The notes under the pieces are model-generated. The model was not told the DNA's origin. It saw only the letters and a list, made by a program, of their open reading frames with translations, and ran no database searches. A stretch of 61,551 bases of DNA, counting the filler. It is 5 parts of 5 records of this genome, joined end to end, with 100 filler letters (N's around TTAATTAATTAA, not from the genome) between each part and the next. Parts side by side here need not be neighbours in the genome. Positions count along the whole stretch, not along the records: positions 1 to 12,600 come from SRR20825006_2163; positions 12,701 to 27,913 come from SRR20825006_2165; 3 more parts are not named here. One strand, 5' to 3'. A program made the translations under genes and the position numbers. Positions 9,944 to 19,237 of this stretch are shown in pieces; the first letter of the stretch is position 1, and every line of letters begins with the position of its first letter.

Positions 9944-11899
9944 TCAGCCCAAGTGTTCGATCGCCCTCCCGGTTGCGGCCAGCGTCGCCTTCAGATCGCC
10001 AAGTTGCGTCTCGGAAATCGGTTTTGACGCCTTTGCCAGAATTTCCAGTTCGCGCAAACTGCGCTCCAACAGCTTCAAACCTGTCAGCCCACAGGCACCT
10101 GTCGCCGCATGCAGCATCCGGCCCGTGTCCGCGTGCATGCCCTGATGCAGGATATCTTCGAACACCGCCTGCGCTTCGGATCGCGCCCGCAGCATAAAGC
10201 CGCGTGCGGTGTCCAGACCCAGCTGCGCGACAAGTTCTTTGACCATGCTTTCGGCCAACGGGTCCGCGCGCGAACAATCCGCTCCGCCCGCTGCCTTCTG
10301 GTCCGGCATGGGCGCGATATCGCATGACGACGCGCGCACCACATCCTGAACCGAACGGCACAGGTCGACGCTTCGGATCGGCTTTTCCAGCAGTTGCGCC
10401 ATTCCCAGCTTCAGGCAGGCCTTGCGCAAATCATCGTCCATATGGGCAGAAAGACCCAGGATCTTGCCGCGCCAGGCCAGCGCACCCGAAGTTTGCTGCG
10501 CGATAATCTGCTGCACCAGTTCAAGGCCGTTGATGTAAGGCAAAGTCATATCGGTCAGCAGCAAGTCGATGTTTGCGACCGCATCAGGACCTTGAAGCGC
10601 CTCCAGTGCGCGCAGGCCGTTTTCAACCGCAACCACCTGGGCGCCAGCAGCGCGCAGGCAATGAACGACCCAATCGCGGCTCGAGGGGCTGTCCTCGACC
10701 ACCAGCACGCCGATGCCGCGCAGAAGCTGGCTGTCTACAGCGACGGGATGCGGTGCCGTGGCCGGATGCGCGGACTCCTCTGCCACCGCCAGATCGAACC
10801 GCGCCCGCAGGATCGTACCCGCCACCTTGGCAGTCGAACCTTCTGCAATCGCTTCTCCGTCCTCGCCACGATCGAACACTTCCAGCGTCCCGCCAAGCTG
10901 GCTCAACGCATAGGCCAGCACGTTCAGCCCCGCAGAGGGCCGCCCCTCTGCCGGACCGGATGCAGCGCCGGATTGCCGCGCCAGGGAGATGTCGGCCAGG
11001 TCAATGGCACGCATCAATCGCGCCTTTTGTGCCTCGGGCAGGCCCCCGCCCAGATCGCTCACTTCGACCAAGATGTTTCTCTTGGCGGCCGTTTCCGCAG
11101 TACTTTCGCTGGTGACGCGCACCTCGACCTTTGTCCCGCCATGTTTGACCGAATTGTCGAACATGTTCTGCAACAACGCCCTGACAAACCGCACCGGTCC
11201 GTTCACCCGCTCCTCGGCTGGCGGGTCAATCGTCAACGCCACAGATGTGCCACGTGTCCCCGCAATGGGCCGGATCATGTCCAAAGTCGCCCGCACCTCT
11301 TCCGCGAGACTGAAATCCTCGTCCGACTGGATGTCCGCGGTTGTCAGTTCGCCCCGGATCACCTTGATGACATTGTCGATATGGCTCAGCGCCAGCTGCG
11401 CCGACCGCTGCATCTGGTCCCGGCGCGTATCGGCCGTGCCGGTATCTTTCGAATTCAGCATTGCATCGGTTGCGGCCAACAAGGATTGGATCGGGGTTCT
11501 CAGATCATGCGAAACCCGAAGCAGCGTCGCCGTGCGGGTGCGGTTGCGCAAAACCGCCGCTTCCTGATCCGTCTCGGCCAGACGCAGCATGAAACTGTCT
11601 GCCGCCCCCAAGGGCACATAAACCAGCTCGCCCTCAAGCTCGGTGTTCCGGAAGTTTTTTGAAACCGCGATGCTGCCGGCGCGGCGCGCCCGGGCACATA
11701 GAACAGGCCAGTCAAAAGCGGTGCTCAACCCTTCGGTGTCCATCCCGACCCGTGTGGCGGGGGCGTTGGACAACAACACCTCGGCCTTGTCCGTTGCGAG
11801 AATCACAGCGCGCCGGTCAGTCGAGATCAGACGCGCAATAGCCTGAAGAACGGGCCTTACCGTGGTCGCGTCTTTCGAAAGATCTGCTTTTCGTGTCAT
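9944..11899 (-). CDS. Soluble unorthodox hybrid histidine kinase (HisKA-HATPase-REC-HPt)
   Basis: H-box VSHDLRTP; N-box NMFDNSVKHG; G1 DLGGGL; REC VEDS...TDMTLP...KP; HPt LHAATGACG. GGGAGAG RBS before ATG 11899. No TM segment seen. Confidence 0.88.
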   Translation of the reverse strand: MTRKADLSKDATTVRPVLQAIARLISTDRRAVILATDKAEVLLSNAPATRVGMDTEGLSTAFDWPVLCARARRAGSIAVSKNFRNTELEGELVYVPLGAADSFMLRLAETDQEAAVLRNRTRTATLLRVSHDLRTPIQSLLAATDAMLNSKDTGTADTRRDQMQRSAQLALSHIDNVIKVIRGELTTADIQSDEDFSLAEEVRATLDMIRPIAGTRGTSVALTIDPPAEERVNGPVRFVRALLQNMFDNSVKHGGTKVEVRVTSESTAETAAKRNILVEVSDLGGGLPEAQKARLMRAIDLADISLARQSGAASGPAEGRPSAGLNVLAYALSQLGGTLEVFDRGEDGEAIAEGSTAKVAGTILRARFDLAVAEESAHPATAPHPVAVDSQLLRGIGVLVVEDSPSSRDWVVHCLRAAGAQVVAVENGLRALEALQGPDAVANIDLLLTDMTLPYINGLELVQQIIAQQTSGALAWRGKILGLSAHMDDDLRKACLKLGMAQLLEKPIRSVDLCRSVQDVVRASSCDIAPMPDQKAAGGADCSRADPLAESMVKELVAQLGLDTARGFMLRARSEAQAVFEDILHQGMHADTGRMLHAATGACGLTGLKLLERSLRELEILAKASKPISETQLGDLKATLAATGRAIEHLG

Positions 11900-12192
11900 T
11901 GCGCTCTCCCAATTCGGATCGTTTCCCGAACGCATACATTCTGATGCCTGAATACACCTTAAGAGGGTATTTTCCTTATATAAAACCCTGTATTCCAATC
12001 TCCCGCCTGTCAACTGCGGCACCACGAAGCGCCATTATTATATGCTTAGAAAACAATCGAGTGCCACATTTCTCAAAAGCGGCGCCCTCAACGCGCGAGT
12101 CGTATTGACTGCAACTTTAGTATGTGTTTTTTCTATTAAGTATGTAAACACAAACTTTAGATAGTGCGATCTTCCGCACAGAGGATGTTGAG

Positions 12193-12600
12193 ATGGCTAC
12201 CACAAAAATCCAAGCTGGGGCGGCAGCGAACGTAACCATACCCGCCACAAAGGCTGACGTCGCCCGCTACGTTAAATCCGGGGACAACTTGGTCGTCGAA
12301 ATGACCAATGGTCAAAGCATCACGGTCACGGATTTCTACGACCGCGCAGCCGGTGGCGCAGCACACAAGCTGATGTTCTCTGACGGAAGCTTCAGCGGTG
12401 TCGAAGGCATTGCAGATGAAACTGAAGAAGTCGCAGGCCTTGGCATGAATATGGAAGAGATCGGCGCAGGTCTTGCCGCTCTCGCAACCGGCCTGGTGGC
12501 CGCCAATGGTGGCGATGACGACCCCACAGATCCGACGGACCCAACCGAGCCGACCGATCCCACGGACCCGACCGATCCAACGGACCCGACCGATCCAACA
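12193..12600 (+). CDS. 3'-truncated BapA-prefix-like adhesin with (D/E)PT repeats
   Basis: KSGDNLVVEMTNGQSITVTDFY motif, GAGLAALATGLVAANGG segment, then repeats running into the gap. GAGG RBS. Confidence 0.8.
12520..12600 (+). repeat. Nine tandem 9-bp units encoding (D/E)PT
   Basis: DPT DPT DPT EPT DPT DPT DPT DPT DPT with varied synonymous codons, cut by the contig end. Confidence 0.95.
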
Positions 12601-12700
12601 NNNNNNNNNNNNNNNNNNNNNNNNNNNNNNNNNNNNNNNNNNNNTTAATTAATTAANNNNNNNNNNNNNNNNNNNNNNNNNNNNNNNNNNNNNNNNNNNN
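12601..12700. other. Artificial contig linker
   Basis: 44 N + TTAATTAATTAA + 44 N. Confidence 0.98.
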
Positions 12701-13223
12701 CGTTGTTGGTGGTCAGCCCGTATTTCAGGCTGTGCACGCCACCGGAATTCTCCGCGATATTGCCACCGATCGAACAGGCGATCTGGCTGGATGGATCCGG
12801 CGCGTAATAGAAGCCATCATCCTGCACGGCGTGAGTGATGCCGAGATTGGTCACGCCCGGCTGGGTCACCACGGCGCGGTTGTCGTAATCGATCTCGAGA
12901 ATCCGGTTGAACTTGCCAAGGCCGAGCAGGACACCATCGGCCAGCGGCAAGGCGCCGCCGGACAGACCTGTCCCCGCACCGCGCGGCACGACCTTCACGC
13001 CCTCTTCCTTGCAGTAGCGCAGGATATCCGCCACCTGCTGCGTGGTTTCCGGCAGCACAACAATCATCGGCAACTGACGATAGGCGGAGAGACCGTCGGT
13101 CTCGTAGACACGCATGGAATCGGTCTCGGTGATCACTCCCTCACCGGGAACGATAGACCTGAGCGCGGCCGCGATTTTCTCGCGGCGGCCGATAATGGCC
13201 TGATCCGGCTCCGGCATCTGCAT
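12701..13223 (-). CDS. glcD: Glycolate oxidase FAD-binding subunit, 3'-truncated
   Basis: VVPRGAGTGLSGGALP; YAPDPSSQIACSIGGNIAENSGGVHSLKYG. Confidence 0.88.
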
Positions 13224-13344
13224 AGCGCTCTCCCATGTTCTTTTCCGGCCACAATAGGGCCGTCGGACATTGGGGGCAATCTGACGCCGTGATTTCGGAT
13301 CGCAAGATCAGATCCCACGATACGGAACAACTGGTTTGAACATG

Positions 13345-13377
13345 AAAAAGGCGACGGTCCTTACGGACAGCCGCCTT
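13345..13377 (-). terminator. Rho-independent terminator after rpmJ
   Basis: Minus strand AAGGCGGCTGTCC-GTAA-GGACCGTCGCC followed by TTTTT. Confidence 0.75.
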
Positions 13378-13398
13378 GATCGGATCAGGCCGGAGCGA

Positions 13399-13524
13399 TT
13401 AGCCCTGGCGTGCCTTGAAGCGCGGATTCTGTTTATTGATCACGTAAGTCCGGCCCTTGCGGCGAACAACGCGACAATTACGGTCCCGCTTCTTCAGCGT
13501 TTTGATCGAATTCGCGATTTTCAT
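13399..13524 (-). CDS. rpmJ: 50S ribosomal protein L36, type B (non-zinc-ribbon), 41 aa; absent from the ORF track
   Basis: Manual translation [41 protein letters not shown], the typical alphaproteobacterial L36 pattern. Confidence 0.97.
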   Translation of the reverse strand: MKIANSIKTLKKRDRNCRVVRRKGRTYVINKQNPRFKARQG

Positions 13525-13652
13525 GACACGAGTCCAAATAATTCCGTCGGAAAGGCTAGCTGCCTTCGAGAAGCGCGGAACATATGGTGGAGGATGGGGG
13601 TTGTCAACGCTTGATGCCTGAAAAAACGCTCAGCCCGGGAACCGCTTCCCGG

Positions 13653-14579
13653 TCAGGCCTTTACGGGCTTCAGGGCAAAATAGCGATGCAGGCGAACCTC
13701 TCCTGCTTCGAGCAGCGCCGCAAGCCGCGCCCAGCGCTCCACCTCGCCCATCAAAATCTCAAGCTGCCCCGGCGTGGCTTTGATCCGGCCGTCCTGATAA
13801 CGGTCGATAAAGCTCTGGAAGGCCCGGGTCATATAGCTGTGATAATCCTTGCTGATATTCTCGGACACCCGGACATCCATTTCCAACGCCGCCATTTCCG
13901 CGTCGTAACGATCCATGGACCAGAGATGAATCGGGAAAGGGTCGTTCTTGATCCATTTCTGAACGGCGGCGGACGGCTCCTTGCCCGGCGGCAGCACAAA
14001 ATCAGTCAGCGACAATTGCCCGTACATGCGCAGCGCCCGCTTCAGGGTGCGCAGCATGCGGGTCTTGTCCTCGGTTCTGAACAGGAATTCCCGGGTCAGG
14101 ATACAGTCGAAACTGTTCGCCTTGAGCGTGATCTTTGCCGGATCGTATTCCTGCAATTTGATCTTCGCGCGGGTCTGCGACATGTCGATATTGCGCTTGG
14201 AGATCTCCGCCAGCTCCGGCACGTTCTCAAGCAGAGTGGCATAGCAGCCGAACTGGCTGGTCACTGCGATCGTGCCGCCGGCCATGCCGCTGCTCAGGTC
14301 AAGCAGGTTCATTTGATTGTCGAGGGCGAACGGCTTTGCCAGGGTCAGGACGTGCTGTGCACCGCCTGGCATGTTGAAGCCCTTGCCCCAGATAGCCTCG
14401 ATCATTTCGATGGTCTTCGGATGCCAGGGACCGAGGACTTCTTCCTCCTCGGGTTCCTCCTCCTCGATCTCGAAATCGATTTCAAGCTTTGTCTCGTCGA
14501 CGGAAAGTGTGCGCAGAAAAGCGAACCAGAAGCGCCTTACGCGCTTCACCACTTTGTTCTGTCGCCAGCTAATCGCCAA
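13653..14579 (-). CDS. Class I SAM-dependent methyltransferase-like protein
   Basis: IWGKGFNMPGG; degenerate motif I LLDLSSGMAGG; NSFDCIL; GQLSLTDF. Start uncertain. Confidence 0.75.
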   Translation of the reverse strand: MAISWRQNKVVKRVRRFWFAFLRTLSVDETKLEIDFEIEEEEPEEEEVLGPWHPKTIEMIEAIWGKGFNMPGGAQHVLTLAKPFALDNQMNLLDLSSGMAGGTIAVTSQFGCYATLLENVPELAEISKRNIDMSQTRAKIKLQEYDPAKITLKANSFDCILTREFLFRTEDKTRMLRTLKRALRMYGQLSLTDFVLPPGKEPSAAVQKWIKNDPFPIHLWSMDRYDAEMAALEMDVRVSENISKDYHSYMTRAFQSFIDRYQDGRIKATPGQLEILMGEVERWARLAALLEAGEVRLHRYFALKPVKA

Positions 14580-14858
14580 ACTATCCCCCCGCGAGCCCGC
14601 ATGAAAAAATAATAGAATTTATTTTAACCATGACTTTATTAACCGTTTACTGAAATTTACCCAGCCTCTCAATTCTATCTATCTTTAATTTTCAGCAAAA
14701 TTTATCGATTGCCGAGAACGTAAGACTTTGGCGTATCGCCCGGTTTTCCATTTTTTTCAAGTAATAGAAGCACAGCATCGCAGAATTTGGGGAATTGACG
14801 ATCATTGAGTGGAACGGCCTATAGTCACGCTCCGATTCTGCAAAGCTGGAAAGTGGAT

Positions 14859-15668
14859 ATGAGTTCTGGATTCTCCGAAACCTTTCGGGGCGACGTCAAA
14901 GCCTGGGAATGCGACGTCGTCGAACATTTCACCGTCGCCTATTACTATGAAAAATTCGAAGCGGCCGGCTGGCGCTTCCTGCGCGACCATGGCGTCGACC
15001 CGAGCAAGGCGCGCACGACGGACTGCTATACGCGCTATCACGCCGAACTCCGGAAGGGCGACCTGTTCCATATCGAGACAGGTCTGATCGAAACCGGCTT
15101 CCGGCCCGTCATCGCCCACAAGCTGTTCAATTCCGAGAACGGAAAACTCTGCACCACAATGGAGCAGACCCTGGACGGCGCCGCATTGACCGGCTCCGCC
15201 GCCGAGTGGGACGGCCCGGCGAAGGAAGAGCGGGCGCCCGCAGCGGCCTCAGCGAAATGGGTCCGCGCCGGGATGGACGTGGTGCGGCCAAGCGATCTCG
15301 ACTGGACAGGCAAACTCGGTCTGGGTGGGTTGATTCACCAGTTCTCCGGCTCCGGCTTCCATGCCCTCGCCACCATCGGCATGAGCCCCGCGTATCTGCG
15401 TGAAAACCGGCGCGGCTTCTCGACCTTCGAATTCCAGATCGAGATGGACCATTGGCCGGACAGCGGCGATCTCGTGCATATCGACAGCACAGTCGCTCAT
15501 GTCGGCTCCTCGTCAATCCGGATGGTGCATCGCCTGATGGATACGACGAAAAACATCCGGCTGGCCGAACTCAGCCAGTTCGGCGTGCATCTCGACCTCG
15601 ACGCGCGCAAACCGACGCGGCTGCCGGAGCCGATTCTCGAGAAGGCTAAAGAGCTGCTCGGCGGCTAA
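14859..15668 (+). CDS. Double hot-dog acyl-CoA thioesterase-like protein
   Basis: Two similar halves (VKAWECDVVEHF; VRPSDLDWTG). Confidence 0.75.
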   Translation: MSSGFSETFRGDVKAWECDVVEHFTVAYYYEKFEAAGWRFLRDHGVDPSKARTTDCYTRYHAELRKGDLFHIETGLIETGFRPVIAHKLFNSENGKLCTTMEQTLDGAALTGSAAEWDGPAKEERAPAAASAKWVRAGMDVVRPSDLDWTGKLGLGGLIHQFSGSGFHALATIGMSPAYLRENRRGFSTFEFQIEMDHWPDSGDLVHIDSTVAHVGSSSIRMVHRLMDTTKNIRLAELSQFGVHLDLDARKPTRLPEPILEKAKELLGG

Positions 15669-15670
15669 CC

Positions 15671-17275
15671 TCACGCATTCAGAAACGCGGCGTCCGACCT
15701 GAGTTCGATCAGGGTCGGACCCGCTGCCGCGAAGGCTTCGGCGAGTGCATTGCCGAAGCCTTCCGCGCTTTCGGGCCGGGCATAACCGCAATGGTAGGCC
15801 GCCGCGAGCGCGGAGAAGTCCGGCACAAGCAGGTCCGTGCCCAGCGGCTGCACACCCGCATTGATCATGTGATCCCGGATCTCGCCATAACCGCCATTGT
15901 TCCAGACCACCACAGGCAAGGGCATACGCAGCTCCGCCGCAACAATCAGCTCCTCCGCCGTGAACAGCAACCCGCCATCGCCGGCAATCACCATGGCCGG
16001 CCGCTCCGGCGCGCCAAGCTTCGCGCCGATCGCCGTCGGCACCCCGGTGCCGAGCGTTCCGAAGCCGTTCGGGAAATGCCAGCCATTGGGATGATCGATC
16101 CGGAAGTAGGAAGCGCCGGTATAGGCGACCTGCGTCGAATCGAGAGAGATGAAGCAATTCTCCGGCAGATACTCGGCCAGCATATTAAGCATGCGGCAAC
16201 GGTTCATCGTCTCGGGCACCTCATGCTCCGCACGGTTCTCACCCCAGAGCCGCGCCGCGCGCTCTTCGGCGCCTGTGACAGGTGTGCCTGCAAGGCATTC
16301 GGTCAGGGCGGCCATGGTCAGCGCTGCATCCCCCAGGATCGCAAGGTCGGGCCGGAAGCTGCGCACGAGCTGCGCCGGATCGATATCCACGCGGATCAGT
16401 TGGTCTCCAAGCCGGATACTGGCAGCACTCGTCCAGAAACTGGTCTCCGCCAACTCGGAGCCGACAGCGAGCACGATATCGGCAGCCGCAAGCACCCGCT
16501 GGGTCGGCTCAAGCTCCAGCGTCGCCCCGGCGCTGAGGGGATGGGTTTCCGGGATCGCTCCCTTGGCGGCCGTGGTTGTCACGACCAGTGCACCGAGTCG
16601 TTCAGCCAGAGCCAGCGCTTCCGCCCCGGCCCATTTCGCCCCGCCGCCGAGCAACAGGACCGGCCTTTCGGCCCCGGACAAGAGTGCCGCAGCCTCAGTT
16701 ACAGCACCGGCTTCAGGCCCTGGCTTTGGCGTTCCTGGCCATGCGGCTGCATCGACATTGGCGCCCAGGTCAAACAGATCGCGCGGCACCTCCAGCCCAA
16801 CCGGGCGGGGACGTCCGCTATTGAACTGGGCAAAGGCCTGCGCAAACACTTCCGGCAGGTTTTCCGGAGCCCGCAGTTGGTGATTGAAGGCGGTGACGGT
16901 CCGCGCCGCGTCATGCTGGTTCGGCATTTCGTGCAGGAAGCCCTGCCCCATGCCGAGCTCGTTGCTCTTGTTCGCCGCGGCAACAACCAGCATCGGCACG
17001 GAATCCGAATAGGCCTGGCCGATCCCCGTCGCGGCATTCAGCAGGCCCGGGCCGGTGATGACGGAACAGGCGGCGGGGCGGCCGGTTGCAAGGCCGTATC
17101 CATAGGCCATCAGCGCCGCACCCTGCTCATGCCGGGGCGTCACATGACGCAAACCACTTGAGACCAGCCCCCGGTAGAAAGCCACGGTATGCACACCCGG
17201 AATTCCGAAGATCGTATCGATCCCGTAGCTTTCCATCAGCCCGACAATCGCGTCAGCGCAGCTTTTCTCGGCCAT
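15671..17275 (-). CDS. ThDP-dependent decarboxylase (5-guanidino-2-oxopentanoate decarboxylase / AruI-like)
   Basis: FGIPGVHT; TPRHEQGA; ThDP motif GDGGLLF...WNN; GFGTLG. Confidence 0.82.
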   Translation of the reverse strand: MAEKSCADAIVGLMESYGIDTIFGIPGVHTVAFYRGLVSSGLRHVTPRHEQGAALMAYGYGLATGRPAACSVITGPGLLNAATGIGQAYSDSVPMLVVAAANKSNELGMGQGFLHEMPNQHDAARTVTAFNHQLRAPENLPEVFAQAFAQFNSGRPRPVGLEVPRDLFDLGANVDAAAWPGTPKPGPEAGAVTEAAALLSGAERPVLLLGGGAKWAGAEALALAERLGALVVTTTAAKGAIPETHPLSAGATLELEPTQRVLAAADIVLAVGSELAETSFWTSAASIRLGDQLIRVDIDPAQLVRSFRPDLAILGDAALTMAALTECLAGTPVTGAEERAARLWGENRAEHEVPETMNRCRMLNMLAEYLPENCFISLDSTQVAYTGASYFRIDHPNGWHFPNGFGTLGTGVPTAIGAKLGAPERPAMVIAGDGGLLFTAEELIVAAELRMPLPVVVWNNGGYGEIRDHMINAGVQPLGTDLLVPDFSALAAAYHCGYARPESAEGFGNALAEAFAAAGPTLIELRSDAAFLNA

Positions 17276-17423
17276 TCCGCCCCCGTTACTTTCTGAAATT
17301 GACGCCGGCCCGGGCCGGTACCGTGCACCGCTTGGCACTTCACGGGACCCTAACGCCCGGTCTATCGTCGGCAAAACAACAAATTCTTACCCATTGATAA
17401 GCTCGCCTGGAGGGAGACCAGCC

Positions 17424-18170
17424 ATGACCACGGACATTCAGCAAGCCCGCATCGATCTCGCCTGTTCACTGCGCTGGTCCGCCCGCATGGGCCTCAATGA
17501 AGGCGTCGACAATCACTTCTCGCTGGCTCTGCCCGACGATGACGGCGTGATGCGCGGCAACCGGTTCCTGATCAACCCGTTCGGCTGGCACTGGTCTGAA
17601 GTCACAGCCTCCTCGATGGTGCTCTGCGACGGTGACGGCACTGTCCTTGAAGGATCGGAGACGGTTGAGGACACGGCCTTCTTCATTCACAGCCAGATGC
17701 ACAAACACGTGCCGAGTGCCGTCTGCATCATGCACACGCATATGCCCTATGCCACCGCCCTCACCCTGCTGGAAGGCGGCCGGCTGGAGATGTGCGAGCA
17801 GAACGCGCTGATGTTCGATGGCCGCATCGCCTATGACGATGAATATGAAGGTCTGGCGCTGGACGAGGATGAAGGCGCGCGGATGGCGAGCAAGATGGGC
17901 AATAACGCGATCCTGTTCCTCGCCTGCCATGGTGTCATCACCACCGGCGCCACGGTGCAGGATACTTTCAACGATCTTTATTATCTGGAACGGGCCGCCA
18001 AGGTGCAGGTGCTGGCGAAATCCACCGGCCAGAAAATGCGCACGATTTCGGACCGGGTCCGCTCCCACACCCGCCAGCAAGCCTCAACCGAAAACGCCCG
18101 GGTCGCGGACCGGCATTTCAAGGCACTGCGCCGGATGCTGGAGAAAGAAGAGCCAGATTTCCTGAACTAA
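17424..18170 (+). CDS. Class II aldolase/adducin-family protein
   Basis: NHFS; FFIHSQMH; HTHMPYATAL; CHGV. GGAGGGAG RBS. Confidence 0.87.
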   Translation: MTTDIQQARIDLACSLRWSARMGLNEGVDNHFSLALPDDDGVMRGNRFLINPFGWHWSEVTASSMVLCDGDGTVLEGSETVEDTAFFIHSQMHKHVPSAVCIMHTHMPYATALTLLEGGRLEMCEQNALMFDGRIAYDDEYEGLALDEDEGARMASKMGNNAILFLACHGVITTGATVQDTFNDLYYLERAAKVQVLAKSTGQKMRTISDRVRSHTRQQASTENARVADRHFKALRRMLEKEEPDFLN

Positions 18171-18319
18171 CGCGCCAATATTTGCATGCCGGGACCATCC
18201 TGAATATACCTTTATGGAGAATAACCCGGCATGCAAAATAATCTTTAATTGCAATTGGATTGCTGGCACGATCCCCAGCATCGGGAGCAAAGGCGCTCTA
18301 CGATGCAGGACCGGGATCG

Positions 18320-19237
18320 ATGGACAGGCACGGGAAAATCGATAGCGGCGCCGGGCGTAATAGCTATGCGCCAATTGGCCAAGAAATGGCCCCGTCTCTC
18401 GCCAGATTGATCGCGAGCGCGAACCTGCGCACCTTTTACGAGGATCCTGAAAATCTTTGCGAAATCCTCGATCTGATCAGCCAGATTATCACGGCAAAAT
18501 CGATCGAGCTGCTGTCGATCGATGTTTTCGATACGGCCCTTCTCCGCGCAACATCGCCGGAACTTGACCGTTTCTGGACACACTCGAAACTCTTCCAGCA
18601 AATCATATCCGGCTCTGACGCCGGAGCGAATATCGACCCGGAAGACATACTGCTCGCCCGGCTCATCACCGCACGCGCCGCCTATGGAATGCAGCGGGAT
18701 CCCGAAGCTGAAGGCGATCCGTCACTCAACGCCATCGCCAACGCCGTTTGCACGCTCCTCAACCGGCCGGATCTGGCCGCGCGCTATATCCAGACCGAGC
18801 TGGAATGCGAGATCGAGAATGTTTCCCTCAATCCGCTTGTTACAGCGCTTGAAGAACGGTTCCCGTCACTGCCGATCGTCTTCCTGTCGGATATGTATCT
18901 GGACAGCAGTCAGATCGGACGCATCTTTTCCGCCCTGAAGACGAGCGAGAAACGTCCACGGATTTTCTCTTCGGCGGATGGTCACGGCAGTAAAGCGGCA
19001 GGCGCATTGTTCAGCCATGTTGCCCGGACCATGCGTGTCGCCCCGGGCCACGCGCTGCATATCGGCGACAATCTGGAAGATGATTATCGCAGCGCGAAGC
19101 GCTCTGGCTGGAACGCTCTCTATCTGCCGCTTCCCGGCGAAGAGCTGGATACACGCCGGGATTGCTTCGCCGACACCCTCGCGCGGATCCCTGTTCTGGA
19201 GAGCGGCTTCAGGCTGGAATGCAGGTTCACGCCATGA
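18320..19237 (+). CDS. HAD-superfamily phosphatase of the phosphoribose-phosphatase type
   Basis: SIDVFDTALLR; FLSDMYL; GSKAAGALF; HIGDNLEDD. Start uncertain (18260, 18320 or 18386). Confidence 0.8.
   Translation: MDRHGKIDSGAGRNSYAPIGQEMAPSLARLIASANLRTFYEDPENLCEILDLISQIITAKSIELLSIDVFDTALLRATSPELDRFWTHSKLFQQIISGSDAGANIDPEDILLARLITARAAYGMQRDPEAEGDPSLNAIANAVCTLLNRPDLAARYIQTELECEIENVSLNPLVTALEERFPSLPIVFLSDMYLDSSQIGRIFSALKTSEKRPRIFSSADGHGSKAAGALFSHVARTMRVAPGHALHIGDNLEDDYRSAKRSGWNALYLPLPGEELDTRRDCFADTLARIPVLESGFRLECRFTP

Noticed and set aside
1-12600. Contig 1 being circular, with the 12193 gene continuing into 2..658
   Set aside because: The end repeats differ (DPT vs VETV), there is no terminal overlap, and position 1 is only the window edge.
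12645-12656. TTAATTAATTAA (four copies in the window) as a biological repeat or CtrA site
   Set aside because: Each copy is centred in an N run; it is an artificial six-frame-stop linker.
13336-13614. 92-aa plus-strand ORF
   Set aside because: Antisense shadow of rpmJ and its terminator.
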